From contig JAIORP010000068.1 of assembly GCA_021108075.1 (NCBI GenBank), forward strand, positions 10,594 through 74,593: a DNA stretch of 64,000 bases, in the 5' to 3' direction. Made by a program: the position numbers and the translations under genes. The DNA comes from Candidatus Omnitrophota bacterium (GTDB taxonomy: Bacteria > Omnitrophota > Gorgyraeia > Zapsychrales > Zapsychraceae). Of the stretch, positions 47,610-57,600 are shown in pieces. The notes under the pieces were generated by a model, which ran no database searches, had not been told where the DNA came from, and worked only from the letters and a program-made list of their open reading frames with translations. Within the stretch, counting starts at the first letter, position 1; the number at the start of each line of letters is the position of its first letter.

Positions 47610-49661
47610 ATGTCGATTAATCCTCTTGGCAATATAAAGGCAGAAAATGATCATATAATGCTAGATGCAGCTTTTTATGATACTCAAGAATATAATTCCC
47701 TTATCGAAGACTCTGCTCATCGCATAGTCATCGGTAGACGTGGGACAGGAAAAAGTGCTTTATTTTATAGGCTTCAGAAGCATTGGGGTCATGAAAAAAA
47801 GTCGAATATAATAATTTTATCTCCAGGTGAAACTTATATTATCGGAATTCGTTTTTTTATTAATTGTTTTGGCGACAATCCTTCATATTTAAGAGCTGCT
47901 TGTAAAATTCTTTGGGAGTATGCAATTTTAAATGAAATTATTATAAATTTAGTGCAGGAATATAAGATAAAAAGTGAAACATTATTAAATGATTTGAACT
48001 CTTTCAGAAGTAACTGGGTTAAAGGAGGAAGCAATATTGCATCAAGATTATATTTTCTTTTACAAAATAAATTGAATATTAAAGAGCCAGCTGAAGTAAA
48101 AATAGCCAACTTAACGCGAACTTTAGAAATTAGTAGGGTAAGAAATTTAGTTGCGGACTCTTTTAAATTTTCAAGATATAAATATCGTATAATATCAGAT
48201 CGCTTAGATGAGGGATATGAACCGGATGATAGGGGTGTTGCAATAATCAGCGGATTACTAAGTGCTTTAGATATAGTAACATCATCAATAGAGAGTGTCT
48301 CGTCTGTTACATTTTTAAGAGATAATATTTTTCGTGCCGTGCAACGTTGTGATCCGGATTATTCGAGAAATATCGAAGGTGACATTTTGCGAATACATTG
48401 GGATGAATATCATTTGTTTAATATGATATGTAACCGTATAAGGAAGTCTTTTAAGATATCTCGTGAGCAGAATCTTGTAACCTGGAATAAGGTTACAGCA
48501 AAAGGTGTTACTGGTAAAGAAGGATTTAGAAAATGTCTTCGACAAACATTATATCGTCCTCGTGATTTGTTAGTGCTATTAAATAATGCATTTAACTCCG
48601 CATTGTCTCATAAAAGGAATGAAATAGTTGACGAGGATATTGAATTATCAGCAAAAGACATATCATGTTCACGACTAGATGATCTCAAAAAAGAATACAA
48701 ATCTGTATTACCAGGTTTGGAAGAAATTATTAAGATATTTTCCGGAGGAAGTCCAAAATTTATAGTTTTAGAAGCTAATAAGTTAATGCAGTCTTTGTTT
48801 GATTTGGATGATGTTAATTCTCTAGCTAGACAAACATTAGCAATTATGCAATCACCTTCAGAAGTCTTGAGGATGCTTTTTAGTATCGGGTTTATTGGAA
48901 TTTTAAATAAGGATTCATCTTGTTACGTCTACTGTCATGACGGAAAAGAACCGGATGTCTCAATAGATGAAAAAGCAAATATATTAATACATCCCTGTTA
49001 TTGGATAGCATTGAATTTGCATAATGTCGATTTAGAAGAAGAAATTCGTGATGAGATCCATGATGAATATGATATTGAAGTATGTTCTGAAACTCCTGAG
49101 ATACGTAGTAAAAAAATAGGTCAATTGATTTCAGAATTGAGTTTAATAGACGAAGGAAAAGAACACGCTTCAATGTTTGAGGATTGGTGTTTAAAGGCCA
49201 TACGGATTATTTTTGCTAAAGGTATTGTTAATGTTGAACTTCATCCTAATAAAAATTTAACGCAAAGAAGGGATGTTGTAGGTCGAAATACTGGTGAAAC
49301 GAATGCGTGGAGAAGGATTCTAAATGATTTTAAAGTAAGGCAGGTTATATTTGAAATTAAGAATTATTCGAAAGACCTAAGCGGAGATGAGTATAGGCAA
49401 ATGCTATCATATCTTACTAATGGTTATGGAAAGCTAGGTTTTATAGTCAAGAGAGGAAGTGATGAAACTTTGAGGAAAGGCAAAGAACTGAGGTGGGCCA
49501 AAGAGATCTATGATAAGCATGACAAACGTATTGTTGTTAAATTAACAGACAGTTTTATAGTGCGTTGTCTTTCAAAATTAAGAAATCCTCAGAAACATGA
49601 TGCTCCAGATAAACAACTAAGTTCTCTTTTAGATAATTATCAACGGAGATATCTTAGCTGA
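47610..49661 (+). CDS. P-loop NTPase fused to C-terminal PD-(D/E)xK (restriction-endonuclease-like) domain; candidate single-gene defense protein
   Basis: Walker A VIGRRGTGKSA near the N-terminus. The C-terminal 150 aa have a D...(E-x-K) pattern (RRDVVG ... IFEIKNYSK). Cargo of cassette 1. Confidence 0.7.
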   Translation: MSINPLGNIKAENDHIMLDAAFYDTQEYNSLIEDSAHRIVIGRRGTGKSALFYRLQKHWGHEKKSNIIILSPGETYIIGIRFFINCFGDNPSYLRAACKILWEYAILNEIIINLVQEYKIKSETLLNDLNSFRSNWVKGGSNIASRLYFLLQNKLNIKEPAEVKIANLTRTLEISRVRNLVADSFKFSRYKYRIISDRLDEGYEPDDRGVAIISGLLSALDIVTSSIESVSSVTFLRDNIFRAVQRCDPDYSRNIEGDILRIHWDEYHLFNMICNRIRKSFKISREQNLVTWNKVTAKGVTGKEGFRKCLRQTLYRPRDLLVLLNNAFNSALSHKRNEIVDEDIELSAKDISCSRLDDLKKEYKSVLPGLEEIIKIFSGGSPKFIVLEANKLMQSLFDLDDVNSLARQTLAIMQSPSEVLRMLFSIGFIGILNKDSSCYVYCHDGKEPDVSIDEKANILIHPCYWIALNLHNVDLEEEIRDEIHDEYDIEVCSETPEIRSKKIGQLISELSLIDEGKEHASMFEDWCLKAIRIIFAKGIVNVELHPNKNLTQRRDVVGRNTGETNAWRRILNDFKVRQVIFEIKNYSKDLSGDEYRQMLSYLTNGYGKLGFIVKRGSDETLRKGKELRWAKEIYDKHDKRIVVKLTDSFIVRCLSKLRNPQKHDAPDKQLSSLLDNYQRRYLS

Positions 49662-49727
49662 AAGTATTTTTAATGAAAAATTAAACCATGCCTCAAATTA
49701 AAGGCATTTTAAATCACTGTCTGTGTA

Positions 49728-49880
49728 GTGACCTGCCCCAACTAGTTGCTCCATTAATTGTGGGAGACCGATGGTTGATGGAACTATCCTAGGTTTCATA
49801 TAGATTTTATTTTAGGACAGGATCATTAAAATCCCCCTAATATGTTAATAAACAGGTTCTAAACTTGTCTAACCATCCCC
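49728..49880 (+). repeat. cassette trailer repeat, copy 1 (about 150 bp) ending in CCATCCCC
   Basis: GTGACCTGCCCCAACTAGTTGCTCC...TTCTAAACTTGTCTAACCATCCCC. Repeated at 51770-51922. Confidence 0.85.
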
Positions 49881-49889
49881 GCCATTTAA

Positions 49890-49924
49890 CCCGAGTTCGT
49901 TTAACGACGAGCTCGGGTTTTTTG
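49890..49924 (+). terminator. intrinsic terminator at start of leader copy 2
   Basis: CCCGAGTTCG-loop-CGAGCTCGGG followed by T7. Confidence 0.7.
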
Positions 49925-50220
49925 TCGACGATAACCCTCTCCTTAAATTTCGCATTTAGGATTACTTTCAAACTTTCTGCTGTGCCCTGAATTACTACAT
50001 CTTGCTACATTTTACCCTTCCAAATGGAACCAAAATGGCACCGCTTTTTTAATCCCTTCTTATCGTCCAAAATCAGCATCAAATATCAAAATATGGATCA
50101 CCATTACAATGCTAGCTAGGTTTTGGTTGGTGGTAAATTTTGTCATCAGTGCGTATAAACTAATATGGCTTGATATTCAATTAACTGACTTTTTGGGGCA
50201 CCTTGCGATGAGTCAAGTCA

Positions 50221-50249
50221 TTGACATAATTTAGGGGGGAGATTAGAAT
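50221..50249 (+). promoter_or_regulatory. consensus sigma70-like promoter (TTGACA-17-TAGAAT), leader copy 2
   Basis: TTGACA 50221-50226. TAGAAT 50244-50249. Confidence 0.6.
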
Positions 50250-50303
50250 GATTGTATGTTTTTTGGCGATAATATCGGATATTGATATCTTCCATTATTC
50301 AAC

Positions 50304-51635
50304 ATGCCGGATGTTGACGGTGTATATCTATACTGTCAGATACCATTTACAGGGGGAAGTATGAGTGAATCGATGACAATGAAGATGCATGACGTTTGTG
50401 AATCCCTTTTTTTACATGATTTGATGCGCCTCTCGACGCATTTCACCAATACCATTGACTGGGCGCGCTTTGGCATCCTCTTGGCGCAGTTCCAAGACCA
50501 GTTTGCCGGTATATCTCAAGCCCTTTACGAGTTCCTGGAGCAGGAAGAGAAAGAAGAGTTCTTGAAATGGTTTCTGCTTAAATGGGGGGAGATCAATATC
50601 TTGCCCCAGAGCGAGATTGATGAATATGACCGTAAATACGCCAGTTATGATCATTATCGCTGGGGCAAACGTAAAATCAATGGCATTGAAACGATCGTGG
50701 TCGATCTTCAGGAACAGTACGGTTTTGACTTCGCCCTTGACCGGGACTATAAAACCGTTGCTGATGGGGCCTGGCTTTTGTGTGATTTCCTGCATGATCA
50801 ATATTCTTTTAAAAAGACACATGTCCGTGAAAAAGATGTCATTATCGATGCCGGGGCTTATTTAGGGGAGTCGGCTTTATTTTTTGCACATCAATTGCGC
50901 GGGCAGTGCACGGTGCATTCCTTTGAAATTTCTCCCCCGAACTATCAAACCTTATTGGATAACCTGGCGATCAACGGACTAAAAAATATTCATCCCAACC
51001 GCCTGGCATTATCCGATAAGAGCGGGGAACAATTCGTGTTCACGCATGACCGGGGTAAATCTTCGGTCGACAGGAAAGTCGGCGGGACCAGCGATATGTG
51101 TACCGTTGAGACGGTTACCCTGGACGATTATGTTGCCCGGCACACATTAGAGCGTGTGGATTTCATTAAAATGGATATCGAGGGGGCTGAGATGGCGACC
51201 TTACGCGGGGCAGTTCAGACCATAAAGCAATTCAAACCACGGCTCGCAATCAGCATCTACCATTTGCCGGAGGACACGGTGTCCATCCCCCGGATTATTA
51301 AAGAACTGGTGCCTGAGTATCATTTCCATTTTAACTGGTATGCCAAAAGAAAGGGATCGGACGCGATCCTCTATGCCTCTATCGACGAGCAGCCGAAAGA
51401 AATGAAGATGAAAAGAGTGCCGGTTTTTGACCATAAGCTTTTTAATGAAGTTATTTACCGCTCCCTGTTTGAGATGGATGATCTGAAAGCCCAGCTGAAA
51501 GAAAAGCATGAAAAAAAGTGCCAGGAACTCGAGCAACGCATCGAGACGATCCATAATTCAAAAGTGTATGGACTGGTCCGGTGGTATTGGCGGACCATCT
51601 CGGCGGCAAAAAAATTGTTCAAGAAAAATTCGTGA
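50304..51635 (+). CDS. FkbM-family SAM-dependent methyltransferase with C-terminal coiled-coil extension
   Basis: VIIDAGAYLGESALFFAH and FIKMDIEGAE blocks. Alternative start ATG 50361 after AGGGGGAAG. Confidence 0.75.
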   Translation: MPDVDGVYLYCQIPFTGGSMSESMTMKMHDVCESLFLHDLMRLSTHFTNTIDWARFGILLAQFQDQFAGISQALYEFLEQEEKEEFLKWFLLKWGEINILPQSEIDEYDRKYASYDHYRWGKRKINGIETIVVDLQEQYGFDFALDRDYKTVADGAWLLCDFLHDQYSFKKTHVREKDVIIDAGAYLGESALFFAHQLRGQCTVHSFEISPPNYQTLLDNLAINGLKNIHPNRLALSDKSGEQFVFTHDRGKSSVDRKVGGTSDMCTVETVTLDDYVARHTLERVDFIKMDIEGAEMATLRGAVQTIKQFKPRLAISIYHLPEDTVSIPRIIKELVPEYHFHFNWYAKRKGSDAILYASIDEQPKEMKMKRVPVFDHKLFNEVIYRSLFEMDDLKAQLKEKHEKKCQELEQRIETIHNSKVYGLVRWYWRTISAAKKLFKKNS

Positions 51636-51769
51636 CAGTCACCTCTGCCCTCGTTTAGCCGCTAAGAGGCCCCTTTATATAAACTACGGAAAAAGTTGTA
51701 GACGCTGTTCCTATATTTGTGTTGCAGATATAGGTGCACATAAGATACGGGGTAGGCAAGGATGATATT

Positions 51770-51922
51770 GTGACCTGCCCCAACTAGTTGCTCCAGAATT
51801 TGTGAGAGACCGATGGTTGATGGAACTATCCTAGGTTTCATATAGATTTTATTTTGGGACAGGATTATTAAAATCCCCCTAATATGTTAATAAACAGGTT
51901 CTAAACTTGTCTAGCCATCCCC
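51770..51922 (+). repeat. cassette trailer repeat, copy 2, ending in CCATCCCC|G
   Basis: Near-identical to 49728-49880. Followed by a tRNA-3'-like remnant and a copy of the post-tRNA terminator (51923-51965). Confidence 0.85.
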
Positions 51923-52034
51923 GTTTTTTTAAAAGCCCAAATTATTCATTTGGGCTTTTTTTTAGGGGGAACCCAAGCAAAATGGCAAAGCCATTCTTGC
52001 CCGGGTGTGTCAAAATATCCTATTTTGACTGCCC

Positions 52035-52464
52035 CGCCATTTAACCCGAGTTCGTTTAACGACGAGCTCGGGCTTTTTGTCGACGACAACCCTCTCCTTT
52101 AAATTCTCATTTAGGATTACTTTCAAACTTTCTGCTGTGCCATCAATGACTACATTTTGCTACATTTTACCCTTCCAAATGGCACCAAAATGGCACCTCT
52201 TTTTTCAATTTCTTCTTATCGCCTAAAATCAGCATCAAATGTCAAAATATAGATCGCCATTACAATGTTAGCCAGGTTTTGGTTAGTGGTAAATCTTGTC
52301 ATCAGTGCGTATAAACTAATATGGCTTGATATTCAATCAACTGACTTTTTGGGACACCCTGCGACGAGTCAAGTCATTGACATAATTTAGATGAGAGACT
52401 AGAATGTTTTTATGTCTTTTTTTGGGGGGGGGGATAACATTGGATATCAATATCCCGTGATATA
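52035..52464 (+). repeat. cassette leader repeat, copy 3
   Basis: Terminator 52045-52078, conserved core, then the promoter. G10 tract at about 52427-52436. Confidence 0.85.
52377..52405 (+). promoter_or_regulatory. consensus sigma70-like promoter (TTGACA-17-TAGAAT), leader copy 3
   Basis: TTGACA 52377-52382. TAGAAT 52400-52405. Confidence 0.6.
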
Positions 52465-52655
52465 CGGAAAACCCTGATATGTGATGTTAGCCAGCAAAAG
52501 CGACCTATCAACGATGTCTCTACGACAAAAACAGCATTATTTTGATATAAAATAAAAAGAGGGACTGGCTTTTTAGTGAGTCCTAAAATATTTAACGGAA
52601 AACCGTACATTATATGTTATGTTTCAAGAATCACTAATCAAATTAAGGAGTAAAA

Positions 52656-53669
52656 ATGGCTGAAGATAAAAATCAAAAGAAAGATGAAGTTGTAAAAACC
52701 GGAAATCCGCTAGTGTTTATAAGTCATGACACTAGAGATGCTAAACTCGCCGAAGCCTTTAGCGGACTTCTAAAAAGTGTTAGTGCTGGTGTTTTGAAAT
52801 CGTTCAGAACATCAGATAGAAAAGGGAATCAAGGAATTGAATACGGAGTCGAATGGTATCCCGAAATCATAAAGAATATTCAAAACGCTTCTGACGTTGT
52901 TTGCCTTCTTACAGAGAGAAGTATAAATAGGCCTTGGATTCTATTTGAAGCAGGAATGGCAAAAGGGAAGCTTGAAACTCCTATTTTAGGTGTAGCGTTA
53001 GGCATATCTTTGAAAGACGCATCATCTGGTCCGTTTGCTCAATTTCAGAATTGTGGAGATGATGAAGAATCTTTAACTAAATTAGTCTTTCAATTGGTAG
53101 ATCGTATCCCCAATTCAGAACCAGACGAAGAAACGATAAAGTTTCAGGTTGGCAAATTCAAAGAATCTATTGCAAAAATATTAAAAGCCAAGAACAAAGA
53201 CGCAAAACCTGAATCTTCAGAATTATCAAGTAGAGATAATTCATCGGCAAAACTCTTTGAAGAAATTAAGGTTATGTTTCAAGATCTACCGTCAAGAATT
53301 GAAAGTAATATGAATCCTGAATTACGTAGCAGAAAAAGACGTCGCTTTCATCCAATGATGATGGAAGAAATGATGCATATGAGTAAAAACAGACATATTG
53401 GAATAATGATGGCGCTTAGTCTTTTCAAAGAACCGATGCCTTGGCTGTATGAAATTGGCATGGAAACCATTAGGACGATTAAAACAGGAAAAACGAAAGC
53501 AGAAAAGAAAAGGGCATTTTCAGAGTTCCAAGAAATAGTTGAAATGTCCACTCGTCATCCAATGATGCGTGAATTTTTTATGGATTCAAAAGATGACTAT
53601 ATGCTTTTTAGAGAATTGCCTGAGGTGCTATCAGAAAGTTTTTATAGATTAATGATTGAAGAAAAATAA
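52656..53669 (+). CDS. TIR-domain protein with Met/His-rich C-terminal domain of unknown function
   Basis: N-terminal VFISHDTRDAKLAEAF...VVCLLTERSINRPWILFEAG fits the bacterial TIR (TIR_2-like) pattern. The C-terminal 200 aa have no recognisable family. Low GC. Confidence 0.65.
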   Translation: MAEDKNQKKDEVVKTGNPLVFISHDTRDAKLAEAFSGLLKSVSAGVLKSFRTSDRKGNQGIEYGVEWYPEIIKNIQNASDVVCLLTERSINRPWILFEAGMAKGKLETPILGVALGISLKDASSGPFAQFQNCGDDEESLTKLVFQLVDRIPNSEPDEETIKFQVGKFKESIAKILKAKNKDAKPESSELSSRDNSSAKLFEEIKVMFQDLPSRIESNMNPELRSRKRRRFHPMMMEEMMHMSKNRHIGIMMALSLFKEPMPWLYEIGMETIRTIKTGKTKAEKKRAFSEFQEIVEMSTRHPMMREFFMDSKDDYMLFRELPEVLSESFYRLMIEEK

Positions 53670-53813
53670 AAAAACATAACAAATCACTACACTGGATTTT
53701 TACTCCGCTGCGCTCCGTAAAAACCAGTGAGTTCAAGCGTTGGGCCTCATTAACGATGGCCTGCATAGAACATCCGAACCACAATCTTGGCACATGATGC
53801 GAGAATGAATTAA

Positions 53814-54641
53814 ATGACAAAAACTAAGACCGATGGCAAGAAGCCCATATTCCCTCTTGGTCCGCACCCACTTCCACCACACCCTTGTGGCATTCACTTA
53901 ACTGCCATGGACCAAAACACTGCGTACGATGTTCCGCATCGAGTGCTCCAGGATGAACATTTGCAACCTGAGGAGTTCACTGTCGCAATGACCCAATGGA
54001 TCGTGACTCACCACCTTAGCCCCGAAGCCATTGAGCGAGATCGAATACGTTGTGAAGCTTTGACGAGACAGGGTCTTGTCGACCCTGTGCAGCGGTTCCC
54101 TATTAACTTGAGCACGCAGAAAGGCAATTGGGCAGAGGTATTGCTCGCTGAGTATATCGCTGCATCGTGTGCTGTCAAAGTGCCAGTGTATCGTCTTCGT
54201 TACAACCCGAACGTGGATCAGTCAATGAAGGGGGACGATGTGCTTGCATTTGATCTCGATTCAAATCCTGTTCGTGTGTTGGTCGGTGAAGCTAAGTTTA
54301 GATCGACTCCTTCAAAAGCAGTAGTGGAGGAGCTTGTTGATGCACTGGTTAGATCACACTCTGGGAATATTCCTGCATCTTTGCAATTCGTTGCGGATCG
54401 CTTGTTTGATTCTGGGAACGACGAGTTGGGAGCGAAGGTCATGGCTTGCAATGGGCTATTTGCTCAGGGACGTCTGCAATTGGATTATGTTGGATTACTC
54501 GTAAGCACAAGGGTTGCTCATCGTCACATGGAGAGGAACGCTAAATCAAATGTTCGCCGTCTTGCCGTAATATCGCTCGGGCTATCGGACCCTGAGGGAA
54601 TTGTGACTGCATCCTATGTCAGGGCTGGTGAATACGTATGA
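53814..54641 (+). CDS. hamA: HamA-like (DUF1837-type, PD-(D/E)xK-like) Hachiman component
   Basis: About 275 aa with GDDVLAFDLD....LVGEAKFRS (D..D..E-x-K). ATGA overlap with a downstream DExH helicase. Abrupt rise in GC. Confidence 0.6.
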   Translation: MTKTKTDGKKPIFPLGPHPLPPHPCGIHLTAMDQNTAYDVPHRVLQDEHLQPEEFTVAMTQWIVTHHLSPEAIERDRIRCEALTRQGLVDPVQRFPINLSTQKGNWAEVLLAEYIAASCAVKVPVYRLRYNPNVDQSMKGDDVLAFDLDSNPVRVLVGEAKFRSTPSKAVVEELVDALVRSHSGNIPASLQFVADRLFDSGNDELGAKVMACNGLFAQGRLQLDYVGLLVSTRVAHRHMERNAKSNVRRLAVISLGLSDPEGIVTASYVRAGEYV

Positions 54642-57600
54642 GTCTCTCAGCCCAGAATGCTCGGATTTTGATGCAGTCAATGCGCACACAGAGAATCCAA
54701 AATCTCGTAGCACAATCTAAGGCCAAGCAGGTGTTGAGAGAGGTGCGTGAAGTCCCCGCAAATTTTCCAAGGTTTGAATCAGACCTTGATGATCGGGTTA
54801 CGTTTATTGCATATGGGCTGTTGGCCGCCGGTTGCAGTCTGATTGAACGGAACGAAACAGCCGAGGGCTATATGGAGTTGTATGCCGCCGCAGATATACT
54901 TGAGTCGGCACACAGAACAGAGATTGCGAACCATCAGGCGAGTGCGCTGCACTGCCTGATCGGTGCTATGGCATTCTATGCTTGCGGCCAATATTCAAGG
55001 GCATTTGTACTGATCAAAAACTTAGAAGCGGTCACACCTTCGGCTGGTATCATTGCTTCATTCTTGCGGAAGGATCGGACACGCCTAATCGACAAACTAA
55101 ATGAGGTGTTACTTGCTCCAGTTCCGGTCTTTAACGAAAAAAGTCAGTTCGACGATTGGGCTCTTACAATTTGTGTGGCTCGCTCATTATCAATAGCGAC
55201 GGAACACGCCATCTCGGGCCAGCCGGAACTTCTCGCGATTGCGGACACGATCCTTCGTGACGCAATGACGATCAGCGTAGGAGCTTCACATCCGGCCTTT
55301 TGGTGGCTTGCTCGCCTGTTGCGGTTGATGCTCAAGGACTATGGAAACGGGGCTTTGTGGTCTGTGCTGCCACCTTTCTTTGGGCCGGAAGGCAAGGCAC
55401 AGGTGGACAGCTATGTGAAGCTCCTTGCCTTCCAAAAGCCACCAGTGATTGAGCTGTGGCAGTCTCAGACGGTCGCTCTACAGCTTGCCCTAAATTCGCA
55501 GAATCGAGGTGGTGTAATCAACCTTCGAACCAGCGCAGGAAAAACCAGAGTCGCGGAACTGGCGATCCTCCACACGCTCTGGGCTGATCCAAACGCAAAG
55601 GTTTTATATCTCGCACCCTTCCGGTCGCTCGCCTTCGAACTGGAGAGAACCTTCAGCAAAACCTTGGCACCATTGGGATACTCCGTTTCGCACCTTTATG
55701 GAGGTTCACGTTTCAGTGGTGTGGATCGTGAGCTGTTTAATGAAGGCCACATCACCATCGCCACACCCGAAAAAACCAAAGCCATGCTGCGGGCTTCGCC
55801 GGAACTTTTCAAGCCAGTGAAACTTGTTGTGATCGATGAAGGCCATCTTCTCGGGGGCAATGAACGGAACGTTCGAAACGAAATGTTCCTCGAATACTTG
55901 CGCCTTCTGGCTCGCGTGCGTGGCGCACGAATACTGTTACTTTCGGCTGTCCTTCCGAACGCTGAGGACTTGGCAGCTTGGGTTGGCGGCGCTCCTGATG
56001 CTTTGGTGAAGTCGAGTTGGAAGCCATCAGCCGAGAGACGAGGAATTATTCAATGGAGAAAGACAGGTGTTACTATCGAATGGTTGGGAGACGAACGCTG
56101 CTTCAATCCTCATTTTATCGAGTTCAAGAAGGTGCCTCATGTAACACCCAAAGGAAAAATTAAATCCCGCGCCTTTCCCAAGAACAAGACGGAGGCCGTA
56201 GCGGCAACAGCCACCCGACTTGCAGCACTTGGTCCTGTCTTGATATTCGCGGGACAAGCTCAGTGGGTGCCGTCCATGGTGCGGGCGGTGCTGCTTTCTC
56301 TCGGTCCTGAAGCACCGGTCCATCGGTGGCCTGATACAGAATGGCGGCTTCTTGATGCAGTTTGCAGAGAGGAACTTGGCGATGATTCGTTGGAAATCAC
56401 AGCAGCACGTTTGGGAGTCGTGTGCCACAGTAACAAACTACCTCCTCATGTTCGGATTGCCTTGGAAAAGCTCATGGCAAAGCATCCTCCAAGGATAATT
56501 GTCGCAACTACGACGCTGGGACAAGGGGTGAACATAAGGATTTCCTCCGTCATCGTAGCTACAACTTTCATCGGTGCTAATTTGCAGATCAGCAAACGTG
56601 ATTTTTGGAATATTTGTGGACGCGCTGGAAGAGCGTTTGTAGATGGCGAAGGCAAGATACTGTTCGCAATTGACGGAACCCGTAGCGCTTGGAACGTCAA
56701 AACCGATGAGGCAACTGCTGCAAACTATTTTGATATCGTTAATATAGACCAGGTGGAGAGCGGCTTACTTCATGTGGTTAAGTATATGCATACTATTGCC
56801 GCTAATGTTGGAATTCCCTTCGCAACCCTGTTGGAGATGGCAGCGAACGACAATTTTGATCGATGCGGTGAAAATAGAGTAAACGTAGAAGGAGTCATGG
56901 ATTGGATTGACGATCAGTTGTTGGCGTTGCATGTCGAATACAAGGGTGATGCCCCCGAGCTAACCGTCGACTGGGTGGATGATGCATTTAGAGATTCACT
57001 TGCGGCCATTCAAGAGAGGGCCAGACGGGAACCTGACCATGATGACCAATTGATAAACTTCTTGAAGGCTCGGGTTGCAGGTGTGCAACGGAAGGTTCCT
57101 TCGCCCGAGGCGCGACGAGCGGTTATTTCATCAGGTCTTCCATTGTCAGTCGGAATTTTAGCATTTAATCAGTTGGATGTGTTTCGCGAGATGGTGGACC
57201 GCTATTTAGCCTCCGAAACTGACGCCGACGCGCTCGGCGAGATGGTCACGGAGTTTGAGACTTGGGCTCGTCAACATGCGAAGATCATTGTCAAAGGGAT
57301 GCCCGAACAGGAGCAGTTGGACAAAATTCGCCCTCAATGGCTTGATGGGGGATCATTGAGAAAGATCGTCGAAACGTGTGGGGATGATGCCACTGGTATT
57401 TGCACCGGTCTCTATGGCTACCAGCTTCCTTGGCTTTTCCACTCGGTTGCCCAGAAACTCGACAAGCTGGCCGAAGAGAACCGTATAGAGGCGTTTGCCA
57501 AGGTGGGCCTTCTCGTGGAACTCGGCTTACCAACGGAAGCCGCTGCCAAAGTCTTCTTGGCGGGAGTGCGATCCCGCGTAGCGGCTGTTGAGTTAAGCAG

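Larger units (their letters stand above)
49881..50296 (+). repeat. cassette leader repeat, copy 2
   Basis: See 45318-45708. Closest to copy 3, including the shared GATAAYATYGGATAT tail. Confidence 0.85.

Noticed and set aside
53669-53814. The TIR protein and hamA/hamB as one three-gene operon of a single system
   Set aside because: Sharp GC-content discontinuity between the TIR gene (AT-rich) and hamAB (GC-rich), with a 145-bp gap. They are more likely independent acquisitions, although functional cooperation is not excluded.
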